16,362 nucleotides of DNA, from contig PLCF01000086.1 in assembly GCA_003135555.1 (NCBI GenBank), forward strand, positions 37,108-53,469, read 5' to 3'. This DNA comes from Vulcanimicrobiota bacterium (GTDB taxonomy: Bacteria; Vulcanimicrobiota; Vulcanimicrobiia; Vulcanimicrobiales; Vulcanimicrobiaceae). Below, in pieces: positions 1-8,576 of the stretch. The translations under genes and the position numbers were made by a program. Numbering within the stretch: the stretch's first letter is position 1; every line of letters begins with the position of its first letter. Under the pieces are notes generated by a model. That model ran no database searches. It was not told the DNA's origin and worked only from the letters and a program-made list of their open reading frames with translations.

Positions 1-372
1 ATCCTCAAGCGCGTCGACGACACGTTCAGCGTGCTGCACACGCACGGTGTCGCCGGCCTGATGGGCGGGCTGTGCGTCGGGCTGTTCGCGAATCCGAACA
101 TGCTCGAGTATCTCAGCAGCGATAAGAAGACTCCCGCGGTCTCGGTGGCAGGGCTGTTCTACGGAAATCCCAAGCAGCTGTGGATCCAATTCATGGCAGC
201 GCTCGTAATCATCGCGTGGAACGCGATCGCGACGATGATCGTGCTCAAGATCGTGTCCTTCATCTTCCCGCTGCGCGCCAGCGAGAGCGATATCGAGGGC
301 GGCGACCTCGCGATCCACGGCGTCGATCCGGTGCCGACGTATGCGCCTCCGCCGACGCCGGCGGCGGTGTAG
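1..372 (+). CDS. amt: Ammonium transporter (Amt/MEP family), C-terminal part, truncated by window start
   Basis: Frame open from base 1: ILKRVDDTFSVLHTHGVAGLMGG (DDxxxVxxxHG motif with the pore His), hydrophobic helices, GLFYGN..QL..Q and C-terminal PLR...GD.AIHG; stop TAG 370-372. Confidence 0.93.
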   Translation: MLKRVDDTFSVLHTHGVAGLMGGLCVGLFANPNMLEYLSSDKKTPAVSVAGLFYGNPKQLWIQFMAALVIIAWNAIATMIVLKIVSFIFPLRASESDIEGGDLAIHGVDPVPTYAPPPTPAAV

Positions 373-389
373 CGCCGCTGGGTCATACG

Positions 390-491
390 CTAACGTTTGT
401 CGTCGCCGGGGTCGGGTGCTTCCGGCGCGTAGAGGAGCATCGCGACAAACAGTGCGACTCCGGCGGCGACGGCGAAGCTGACGACGAGCAT
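390..491 (-). CDS. Putative 33-aa single-TM small protein
   Basis: MLVVSFAVAAGVALFVAMLLYAPEAPDPGDDKR: clean hydrophobic helix plus charged tail, fills the amt-peptidase gap; TACGCT (-10-like) at 502-507 on the minus strand. No homology support. Confidence 0.4.
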   Translation of the reverse strand: MLVVSFAVAAGVALFVAMLLYAPEAPDPGDDKR

Positions 492-589
492 CCGTATCGG
501 TAGCGTAGACGGCTGGGTGCGCCCGGCGCATTGGCCAAATGGCTCTTCGCCGGCAGGCGTCTCCGGTTTCATGCGGAGAAGAGGCCGCG

Positions 590-2710
590 ATGCGACGTTT
601 CCTCTTCATCGGCGCAGCAGTCTTCCTGGTCGCCTCGCCCGTCCTCGCCGCGGGGGCCAAGCTCGCGTATCCCGTCGCACCGCGCGGCGCCGTGACCGAC
701 AACTACTTCGGCACGGTCGTCACCGATCCGTATCGCTGGATGGAGGACGTCGATGCGCCGCAGACTACCGCGTGGGTCACGGCCGAAGGTGACTTGACCC
801 GGTCGTACCTCGACGCGATCCCGCAGCGCAACCCGATCCGCGACGCCTACCGCAAGCTCCTCGACTACGAGAAGCTGGGCGCGCCGTATCGGCAGGGAAA
901 GCGCTGGTTCTTCACCCGCAACAGCGGGCTGCAGAACCAGAGCATCTTGTACGTGCGTGAAACGCAGACGGCGCCGGCGCGCGTGCTCATCGACCCCAAC
1001 AAGCTCGCCGCCGACGGCACCGTCGCCCTGGCGGGCACGTCGTTCACTCGCGACGGCAAGTACCTTGCCTACGCAACGGAGTCGTCGGGATCGGACTGGC
1101 AGACTTGGCACGTCAAGGACGTCGCGACCGGCGCCGATCTCCCCGACACGATCCAGTGGAGCAAGTTCTCCGGCGCCGATTGGGTCGGCGACCGCGGCTT
1201 CTACTACGCGGCATACGATCGGCCCAAAGACGCCAACACGACCTTGTCCGCTCTGGGTCTGCAGAAACTGTACTTCCACACCCTGCGGACCCCGCAGTCG
1301 GCGGACAAGCTCGTCTATGCGGAACCGCAACATCCCGACCAATTCGTCGGGACCTCGTCCACCGAAGACCAGCGCTACTACTTCTTCTACACCAGCAAGG
1401 CCGACGGCAACAGCTTGGCCTGGAAGCGCCGCGACGAACCCGACTCGGCGTTTCGCACCATCTTCACGCTCGACACGAAGATCCGTTACAACGTCGTCGG
1501 TGACGACGGCAATCGGCTCTACATCCAGACCAACAAGGACGCGCCGCGCAGCCGGCTGACTTGGCTCGACCTCAACGACCCGGCCCACCAACTGCACGAT
1601 CTCGTGCAGCAGTCGGCGGATACGCTCGAAGGCGTCTCGCTGATCGGCAACACGTTTTACGTCGAATACCTGCACGACGCGCACTCGGTCACCCGTATCT
1701 TCGATCTCCACGGCCGTCCGGCCGGCGCGATCGACCTGCCCGGAATCGGCAGCGGCGGCCTGCCGGAGGCATGGCGCGAGGATCGCATCGCGTACTACAC
1801 CTTCGCGTCGTACACGTACCCGACCACGGTTTACCGCTACGACACCAAGACCGCCAAGAGCAGCGTCGCGATTCGGCCCAAGATCGCCTTCGATCCCACA
1901 CCGTACGTGACCGAGCAGCTCTTCACCACGTCGAAGGACGGAACGCGCATCCCGGTGTTCGTCACCCACCGCAAAGACCTCCGGCTCGACGGCAGCACGC
2001 CGGCGATCTTGTACGGCTACGGCGGGTTCAACATCTCGCTCACCCCGTCGTTCTCATCGAGCGTCGCGATGTGGCTGCAGATGGGCGGAGCGTATGCGGT
2101 GGCGACGCTGCGCGGCGGCAGCGAGTACGGCGACGCGTGGCACGACGGTGGACGCCTGGCGAACAAGCAGCACGTTTTCGACGACTACCTCGCCGCGGCG
2201 CAGATGCTGATCGACCGCAAGATCACCTCGACGCCCAAGCTTGCGGCGAACGGCGGCTCGAACGGCGGCTTGCTGGTCGGCGCGGCGATCACCCAGCGTC
2301 CCGACTTGTTCGGCGCGGCGATTCCCGAGGTCGGCGTGCTCGACATGCTGCGCTTCCAGAAGTTCACCGTCGGCAAAGCCTGGATCGGCGACTACGGTTC
2401 CTCCGAAGCGGCGCCTGATCAGTTCAAATACCTGTACGCCTACTCGCCCTATCAAAACGTCAAGGACGGAACCGTCTATCCGCCGACGATGGTGATGACC
2501 TCGGACCACGACGACCGCGTCTTCCCGGCGCACTCGTTCAAGTTCGCGGCGGCGCTCCAGCACGCACAAGCGGGTGATGCGCCGGTCCTGTTGCGCGTGC
2601 AGTCCAAAGCCGGCCACGGCGGGGGCCGCCCGACCGACAAGGTTATCGACGACGTCGCCGACCGCTACGCGTTCCTGGTCAAGAACCTCAACTTCACCCC
2701 AACGCTGTAG
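590..2710 (+). CDS. Secreted prolyl oligopeptidase (peptidase S9A)
   Basis: ATG 590 after GGAGAAGAGG; signal peptide MRRFLFIGAAVFLVASPVLA; DPYRWMED, YGYGGF, RGGSEYG, catalytic GGSNGG (Ser), DHDDRV (Asp), AGHGGG (His). Confidence 0.96.
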   Translation: MRRFLFIGAAVFLVASPVLAAGAKLAYPVAPRGAVTDNYFGTVVTDPYRWMEDVDAPQTTAWVTAEGDLTRSYLDAIPQRNPIRDAYRKLLDYEKLGAPYRQGKRWFFTRNSGLQNQSILYVRETQTAPARVLIDPNKLAADGTVALAGTSFTRDGKYLAYATESSGSDWQTWHVKDVATGADLPDTIQWSKFSGADWVGDRGFYYAAYDRPKDANTTLSALGLQKLYFHTLRTPQSADKLVYAEPQHPDQFVGTSSTEDQRYYFFYTSKADGNSLAWKRRDEPDSAFRTIFTLDTKIRYNVVGDDGNRLYIQTNKDAPRSRLTWLDLNDPAHQLHDLVQQSADTLEGVSLIGNTFYVEYLHDAHSVTRIFDLHGRPAGAIDLPGIGSGGLPEAWREDRIAYYTFASYTYPTTVYRYDTKTAKSSVAIRPKIAFDPTPYVTEQLFTTSKDGTRIPVFVTHRKDLRLDGSTPAILYGYGGFNISLTPSFSSSVAMWLQMGGAYAVATLRGGSEYGDAWHDGGRLANKQHVFDDYLAAAQMLIDRKITSTPKLAANGGSNGGLLVGAAITQRPDLFGAAIPEVGVLDMLRFQKFTVGKAWIGDYGSSEAAPDQFKYLYAYSPYQNVKDGTVYPPTMVMTSDHDDRVFPAHSFKFAAALQHAQAGDAPVLLRVQSKAGHGGGRPTDKVIDDVADRYAFLVKNLNFTPTL

Positions 2711-2753
2711 CGCGGTCGAAACCGGCGCTCGCCGTCACGGGTAGGGACGAGCG

Positions 2754-3197
2754 ATGGACTCGTTCGTCCAAGGGTGGCGGGCGTTGGTGTGGGGGCGCGT
2801 CTGGTGGACGGTCCTCGCGCTGACCTTGGCGTGGTCGATCGGCGTAGGGTTGGCCCTGCGCGCGGTAACGCCGCGCACCCACGTCGGCGACTGCGGGGCG
2901 ACGGCGCCGCAAGCGCTGGTGACGGTGCCGGTCGATTGGCTATGGCTGCCGCTGCACGCGTTGACGGCGGCGCCGTTCGGACTCTATGTTTCGGGGCTGC
3001 AGTTCGGCCTCGCGACGTTCATCCTCGTCGCGATCCCCGCGGCGCTGCTGCAGCAGGGTACCGCGCGCCGAATATTCGCTTTGCCGCTGGTGATCGCGCT
3101 CGCGGTCGCGGTCATGCAGATCGCCTGGTACCACGAGTTGGGCGTCGTGCGAGCGTGGGGGCTCCCAGCGATAGCCTGCTGGGGGAGCGGGTTTTAG
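2754..3197 (+). CDS. Hypothetical integral membrane protein (147 aa, about 3-4 TM segments)
   Basis: ATG preceded by AGGGA; several hydrophobic Trp-rich segments; fills the gap between two clear genes. No family recognised. Confidence 0.65.
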   Translation: MDSFVQGWRALVWGRVWWTVLALTLAWSIGVGLALRAVTPRTHVGDCGATAPQALVTVPVDWLWLPLHALTAAPFGLYVSGLQFGLATFILVAIPAALLQQGTARRIFALPLVIALAVAVMQIAWYHELGVVRAWGLPAIACWGSGF

Positions 3198-5297
3198 CTA
3201 GACCGGGACGCTCTCGCGCACGGCGACGCGTACTTCGACGGGGACGCCGTTGAGGACCGCGTTGCCGGTGAGCTCGTCGAGGCGAGCGGGATCGCTGAGG
3301 TCGTTGAAGCTCGCGCCGGGTTTCGCGGCCGCCAGCGCCTGACCCACGCCCGCGCGCGCGTGTCCGAAGCCGTGCGGCAGGCTCACGACGCCGGGCATCA
3401 ACGCGTCCGTCACCTCGGCCGGAACGGTGACCGCGCCGATCGCGGAGCGTACCTCGACGGGATCGCCGGTCGCGATGCCGCGCGCCTGCGCGTCGGTCGC
3501 GTTGAGCATGAGCGTACAGCGGTCCGGTCCGCGCATGAGCCGCGGCGCATTGTGCATCCACGAGTTGTTGCCGCGCAGTTGGCGCCGCCCGATGAGCACG
3601 AGCTCGGGCGCCGGCGCCGCGAGGCTCGCTGCGAGCCGTTCGAGATCGGCGATGAACGCGGGCGGCGCAAGCCGGACGCGGCCGTCGGCGGTGAGCAGGC
3701 GTTGTGGTAGGCAGGGCTGCAGCGGGCCGTAATCGACGCCGTGCGGCTGCGCGCGCAGCTCGTCGAGCGTAGTGGCGTACGGACCCTCGCGCAAGCCGAG
3801 ATCGAGCCGTTCGGCCGGCGTCTTGCCGGTCTTGCCGGTGAGCCGCGCACGCAGCGCTTCGAAGATCTGCCAGTCGAAGCGCTGCTCGGGTGCAATCGGG
3901 AAAAGCGCCTGGCTGTAGCGCGCGGTGTTGCGCACCGCGAAATGATGGAAGATCACGTCGTAGTGCTCGACCTCGAGTCCGGTCGCGGGCGGCAGGATGA
4001 CGTCGGCGTGACGCGTGGTCTCGTTGACGTAGGGGTCGATGCTGACCATGAACTCGAGCTGCGACAACGCGGCGTCGAGCTGCGCGCCGTTGGGCGTCGA
4101 CAGGACAGGGTTCCCCGCCACCGTGATCAGCGCGCGAATCTGTCCAGGCCCCGGGGTCAGCATCTCGTCGGCCATCGTCGCGACCGGGAACTCGCCGTCG
4201 AACTCCGCTAGCCCACGCACCCGCGAGCGCCAACGGCCGGCATACGCCGCGCCGGCTTCGGCCTGCGCCAGCAAATCGAAGGCAGGTCGCGGCCACATCA
4301 TCCCGCCGGGCTCGTCCAGGTTTGCGGTGATCGCGTTGAGTGCGTTGACGAGCCACTGGCACAACCCGCCGAACGATTGGGTCGACAGGCCGACGCGGCC
4401 GTACGCGACGGCGCGCTCGGCCGTGGCGAACGCGCGGGCGATGCCGCGGATCGTCTCCGGCCTGATGCCGGTTCGCTCCGCGACCAGCTCGGGCGGAAAC
4501 GCGCGCGCAGCGGAACGCAGCTCGTCGAGGCCATCGCTGAACTCGGCGAGCCGGCCCAGGTTCGCATCGCCGGCCTCGAAGATCGTGTCGAGCACGGCCA
4601 GCAGAAACAGCGCGTCGGTCCCGGGCCGGATGAAGTGGTGCTCGTCGGCAACAGCCGCGGTCTCGGTGCGTCGCGGATCGACCACCACCACGCGGCCGCC
4701 GCGCGCTTGTACCGCTTTCATTCGCGAGCGCATCCCGGGCGCGGTCATGATGCTGCCGTTGGAGACGAGCGGGTTGGCGCCGAGCACCAAAAAATACTCG
4801 GTGCGGTCGACGTCGGGGATCGGCAGCAGCAGCGGGTGGCCGAACATTTCGACCGCTGCGCGATGATGCGGAAGCTGGTCGACGCTAGTCGCGCTGAAAC
4901 GGTTGCGGGTACGGAACGCGCGCAGGAAACCGCCCGAGCTGAGCATCGTGCCGCTGTTGTGCACGTTGGGATTGCCGAGGTAGATCCCGACCGCGTCGTC
5001 GCCGTGGCGCGCGACGGCGTCCTGCAACCGTTCAGCCACCAGGTCGTATGCGGCGTCCCACGCGATCGGCGCCCAACCCTCGCCGGCGCGCCGCAACGGG
5101 CCCTTCAAACGGTCGGGATCGGCGTGCAAGTCGATCAACGCGTTGCCCTTGGGGCAGATGTGGCCTTGCGAGAGCGGGTCGAGCGGGTCGCCGCGCAGAT
5201 CGGTGATCGCCCCGCCGGCGACCGTGATCTCCAAGCCGCAGATCGCCTCGCACAAGTTGCAAGCGCGAAAGTGCTTGCCGTCCCGGATCGCCGCCAT
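3198..5297 (-). CDS. Molybdopterin-dependent oxidoreductase, DMSO reductase superfamily catalytic subunit (699 aa)
   Basis: N-terminal 4Fe-4S motif CNLCEAIC...GHICPKG, DPDRL..PL, LGANP..SN, VVVDPRRTETA, IRPGTD, D.Y.NET..HADVILP, C-terminal dinucleotide-binding domain (NSW...MN..DA...GI..GD.V). Start placed at ATG 5297 just before the Cys motif, not at the ORF-track start 5507. Confidence 0.93.
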   Translation of the reverse strand: MAAIRDGKHFRACNLCEAICGLEITVAGGAITDLRGDPLDPLSQGHICPKGNALIDLHADPDRLKGPLRRAGEGWAPIAWDAAYDLVAERLQDAVARHGDDAVGIYLGNPNVHNSGTMLSSGGFLRAFRTRNRFSATSVDQLPHHRAAVEMFGHPLLLPIPDVDRTEYFLVLGANPLVSNGSIMTAPGMRSRMKAVQARGGRVVVVDPRRTETAAVADEHHFIRPGTDALFLLAVLDTIFEAGDANLGRLAEFSDGLDELRSAARAFPPELVAERTGIRPETIRGIARAFATAERAVAYGRVGLSTQSFGGLCQWLVNALNAITANLDEPGGMMWPRPAFDLLAQAEAGAAYAGRWRSRVRGLAEFDGEFPVATMADEMLTPGPGQIRALITVAGNPVLSTPNGAQLDAALSQLEFMVSIDPYVNETTRHADVILPPATGLEVEHYDVIFHHFAVRNTARYSQALFPIAPEQRFDWQIFEALRARLTGKTGKTPAERLDLGLREGPYATTLDELRAQPHGVDYGPLQPCLPQRLLTADGRVRLAPPAFIADLERLAASLAAPAPELVLIGRRQLRGNNSWMHNAPRLMRGPDRCTLMLNATDAQARGIATGDPVEVRSAIGAVTVPAEVTDALMPGVVSLPHGFGHARAGVGQALAAAKPGASFNDLSDPARLDELTGNAVLNGVPVEVRVAVRESVPV

Positions 5298-5404
5298 CCA
5301 TGAGGCTTCGCCTAGCGCGCACGCGCGCCTTGGAATGCGCGAGGTCCGGCTCCGCGGCGCACCGAAACGTTCTGCTGTCCTCGGTAGGGAAAGCAGGCGG
5401 GAAA

Positions 5405-7219
5405 ATGGTGGGTGTGCGACGCGTTCTTGCGACGCTGGCGGCGCTGGGCGCGATCGCGGTACCGATCGCGAGCGCTCGCGCGCAAACCGGAACGTCTCCG
5501 TCCGCAATCGTGCTGTGTCCGAGCCCGTTGCCGCTGGGCGTCACACCGTCGCCGGTGGCCACGGCGGCGCCGAACCCGGCACCGTCATCCGCCCCGACGC
5601 CGACGGCCGTGCCGACTGCGACGCCGGTGCCGCTCGGTGCGCTGCGCATCGTTCCGGTCAAGCCGCAGCTCAACGTCGGGATGTGCGCGCGGCTGACCGT
5701 CTCGGGCGGCGTGCCGCCCTACGCGCCCGCCTCGGCAGCCGGAAACGTCGCGGCCGTTGCGCAGCCGGACGGAACCGTCCTCGTCATCGCGCTGCGCAAC
5801 GGCACCGACACCGTCATCGTCATCGACGCGAACGGCCGGTCGGCGAGCGTTCCGGTGCTCGTCGCGCCGGACGCGGGCGTGCTCCCCGCCACGATCGCGC
5901 TACGGCTATCCGGGGGCGTGACCGCCGACTTCGAGGCGACCGCGCTGACCTCCGAGCTGGCGCGGCGGTCGCATCTGCAGCCCGGGGCGCGCGCCGTGCC
6001 GATCGCGGCCGGCGCGCTGTCGTCAAACCTCTCGGTCGGTGCGCCATGGACGGGAACCGTCGCGGTAGCGTTGAGTGGGCGCGACCGCTGGCGCGACGTC
6101 AACGGCACGGTGCCGGTGACGATCGAGCTGGTTGCGATGCCGCAGCTCGATCCGGCACAGCTCTTCTATAGCGACGACCCCGAAAAAGTGCTGGGCGCCC
6201 AAGCGGGGGTCTTGTTTCGCACGACACTCTCGGCCGATGTGCCGACGGCGCGGGTGTTCGCCTACCACGAGTTCGAGCAAACTGCGCGCCGGCTCTACGT
6301 GCTGCTGCGGTCGGGCCCGACGAGTCACGTGCAAATCCTCGGCGGCGGCGCCGGCCCGAGCTTCACGACCTTCACCGGCCACACGCTGACCGTTCGCTAC
6401 CTGCTCGCCCGCAGCGTGCAGCAGAGCGTCATCGCGACCCTCGACGCTGACCCGGTCGTGCTCGAGGTGGGCAACGCCGGCGAAGCGCAGCAGCTCCTCA
6501 CCGGACTCTACGACCTTCGTTTGATCGACGGCGGTCCGGTCGACGTCGCGGTCGTCGCCGGGTTCGACTCGGGCGACCCCGGCGTGGTCACCCTCGTCGA
6601 CGCACCGCCGACCACGCCGCCCGACAAAGACCTGCACGATCGTGCCGGCGTCTATCCGCTCGACGCGGTCGCGCCGATCGCGCTCTCGGCCAGCATCCTC
6701 GACCCGAAATACCGCCTCTCGACGGCCATCGGCATGTCGGTCCGCGTCGGCGGCTGGGCGGTCCCGCCGATCGCCGGCAAGCGTTATCTCGGCGGTGACT
6801 ACGGCGTCGTTCGGCAGTTCCGGATCACGCTGACGAACGCGACGGACCAGCCAGGCGCGATCTACCTGTACGTGGCACCGTCCAAAGCCGGCTCGACGAC
6901 GACGATGCTGTTCGACGGAAATCCGCCGCAAGTCGTCCTGTCCACGGCGTTGTGTCTGCAGGGAGCGCAAAACGCACCCGCGTTCGACACCAAGTACCTG
7001 CTCAAGACCTTCACCGTCCCGCCGACGCGCGGCGGCGCCCCGGTCGTGGTAACCGGCCAGTTCATGACCGACGGCGGCTCGTCGTATCCCGCCGAGCTCG
7101 GGCTCGCGCTCGACCCGCCGCTGCCGTTGCCGCCGAAAACGATGTGCGTATCGCCCTCGCCGACTCCGGCGCCGCTTCCATCTCCATCGCCGGCTCCTGG
7201 GCCGCCCGCATCGCCGTGA
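5405..7219 (+). CDS. Uncharacterised exported protein with Pro/Thr/Ser-rich linkers (about 604 aa)
   Basis: Signal peptide (V)RRVLATLAALGAIAVPIASARA-Q; P/T/S-rich stretches at both ends; beta-rich Ig-like-looking N region; LFYSDDPE and GDYGV motifs; G/C-ending codons. Start could be ATG 5405 or GTG 5414. Confidence 0.8.
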   Translation: MVGVRRVLATLAALGAIAVPIASARAQTGTSPSAIVLCPSPLPLGVTPSPVATAAPNPAPSSAPTPTAVPTATPVPLGALRIVPVKPQLNVGMCARLTVSGGVPPYAPASAAGNVAAVAQPDGTVLVIALRNGTDTVIVIDANGRSASVPVLVAPDAGVLPATIALRLSGGVTADFEATALTSELARRSHLQPGARAVPIAAGALSSNLSVGAPWTGTVAVALSGRDRWRDVNGTVPVTIELVAMPQLDPAQLFYSDDPEKVLGAQAGVLFRTTLSADVPTARVFAYHEFEQTARRLYVLLRSGPTSHVQILGGGAGPSFTTFTGHTLTVRYLLARSVQQSVIATLDADPVVLEVGNAGEAQQLLTGLYDLRLIDGGPVDVAVVAGFDSGDPGVVTLVDAPPTTPPDKDLHDRAGVYPLDAVAPIALSASILDPKYRLSTAIGMSVRVGGWAVPPIAGKRYLGGDYGVVRQFRITLTNATDQPGAIYLYVAPSKAGSTTTMLFDGNPPQVVLSTALCLQGAQNAPAFDTKYLLKTFTVPPTRGGAPVVVTGQFMTDGGSSYPAELGLALDPPLPLPPKTMCVSPSPTPAPLPSPSPAPGPPASP

Positions 7220-8536
7220 TCAGCGGCGCTTGTTGACGACGGCCAGACACTCGACGTCGGGAGCCGGCCGCACGTGCGCCCACATGTGCACCAAGCCGCC
7301 CAGCGCTACGGTTCCTCCCGATTTGGGCGCGGCCGCAGGTTGGGGGGCGGGCGACTTCGATGCAGCAGGTGGGGCCGGAGGCGGTGAGATCACGGACGTC
7401 GGCAAGAAGACGAGTACCGGTTCGAACGGTTCGACGACGGTGATGCACGAGCCGGCGGGCACGGCTCCGAGGATCCTTCCGAGACTGCCTTTGTGGAACG
7501 AGCCGTCGGGGTTGATGTATTGCACCGGAGGACGGTTGCGCAGCAGCCGGTGCCGCAGCATGATCAGGTTGCGCGGATAAGCATCCCGGTCGATGAGATC
7601 CTTCGCGACGAAACCGGGCTGCGGCGCCGGGGACGCGCGTGGATCGGCGATCGCGTACTGCGCGGCGATCGCGCCGATGTTGGTCGCGTTATGGCGCAGC
7701 GTCACGTCGGTGACTTCCTCGAGAAAGTCCGCGGCAACCCTGCGCGTGAGCACCGGCTGCCCCGAACCGTGCGGCGAGCCCGGTGCCCCGCGCGGCGCGG
7801 CGCCGTGTGGAAACGTGTAGGCGTACGTCGCCAGATGAACCCAACCGTCGTAGTTCGGCGGCGTGAGCTGCCATAGGATCTGGAACTTCGGGTCGGTCGT
7901 GATCGGCGCGTCGCCGTTGAGCGTCGGCCAGTACGGGCGCATCTTGGGGTTGCCGGTGACGTCGTTGTAGTAGTCGCTCGAATAGCCGGCCGTAACGAGG
8001 TCCTTGAAGGACTGGGCGTTGATCGTTTCCCAGAGCCGTTCGTTGAGATGGCGCTCGCCGGGGTTCCACGACTCCTTGCCGCTGCGAACTTGCTCGATGA
8101 GCACCGTGAGCAGCCGCGCCGCCGGACCGCCGGTGCTGGTTTCCGCCGTATCCGCATTGAGCAGCCGCGCGCCGATCAGCAGGACCGTGCGGCGCTGCGT
8201 CTCGGACTCCGCGACCGATTGCAGCGAGAGCAGCGTCGCCGTCGCTTGCTGCTCGAGGACTCCTTGGTCGAACGACTCCTTCTCGAGGTCGTGCTCCGCA
8301 GTCTTGGCCTTCTTGTCGACGAAGCGGCCGCCAAACGCGCTGCTGATCGATTTCGCGGTGACCAGCTCCTCGAACTTGGTGTTGTACTCGCGCTGCTTCT
8401 CGTGCGCCGCACCGACCGCCGTATAGATGGAGACCGCCGCCGCGATGACGGTCGCGATCGCGGTCGGCGCGACGTACTGCGCCAAGAAGCCGAGCCACGC
8501 CGGCGGGGACGGAGGAGGCGGAGCGGCATCACCCAT
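7220..8536 (-). CDS. Hypothetical membrane-anchored protein (438 aa)
   Basis: Long ORF with N-terminal TM segment (YVAPTAIATVIAAAVSIYTAV), natural amino-acid composition, and a sigma70-like promoter directly upstream of the ATG. Confidence 0.8.
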   Translation of the reverse strand: MGDAAPPPPSPPAWLGFLAQYVAPTAIATVIAAAVSIYTAVGAAHEKQREYNTKFEELVTAKSISSAFGGRFVDKKAKTAEHDLEKESFDQGVLEQQATATLLSLQSVAESETQRRTVLLIGARLLNADTAETSTGGPAARLLTVLIEQVRSGKESWNPGERHLNERLWETINAQSFKDLVTAGYSSDYYNDVTGNPKMRPYWPTLNGDAPITTDPKFQILWQLTPPNYDGWVHLATYAYTFPHGAAPRGAPGSPHGSGQPVLTRRVAADFLEEVTDVTLRHNATNIGAIAAQYAIADPRASPAPQPGFVAKDLIDRDAYPRNLIMLRHRLLRNRPPVQYINPDGSFHKGSLGRILGAVPAGSCITVVEPFEPVLVFLPTSVISPPPAPPAASKSPAPQPAAAPKSGGTVALGGLVHMWAHVRPAPDVECLAVVNKRR

Positions 8537-8542
8537 GCCAGG

Positions 8543-8571
8543 AGTCTAGCTTGTCTTGCTTCTCGTTACAA
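8543..8571 (-). promoter_or_regulatory. Sigma70-type promoter for the 7220-8536 gene (predicted leaderless transcript)
   Basis: Minus strand reads TTGTAA-17 nt-TAGACT-cctggc-ATG, in an AT-richer intergenic patch; no SD sequence. Confidence 0.65.
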
Positions 8572-8576
8572 GGACT

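Noticed and set aside
569..2617. Long antisense and alternative-frame ORFs over the prolyl oligopeptidase (569-1969, 1561-2418, 2054-2617) and similar ones elsewhere
   Set aside because: Shadow ORFs typical of high-GC codon bias; Arg/Ala/Pro-rich, no motifs, fully overlapping well-supported genes.
2709..2729. Hairpin AGCGC-GGT-CGAA-ACC-g-GCGCT after the peptidase stop
   Set aside because: No U-tract and a bulged stem; not enough to call a terminator.
5520..5640. Repeat-like CCG/ACG runs here and at 7120-7215
   Set aside because: They encode Pro/Thr/Ser linkers; no fixed repeat unit or spacer pattern, so not CRISPR or a DNA tandem repeat.
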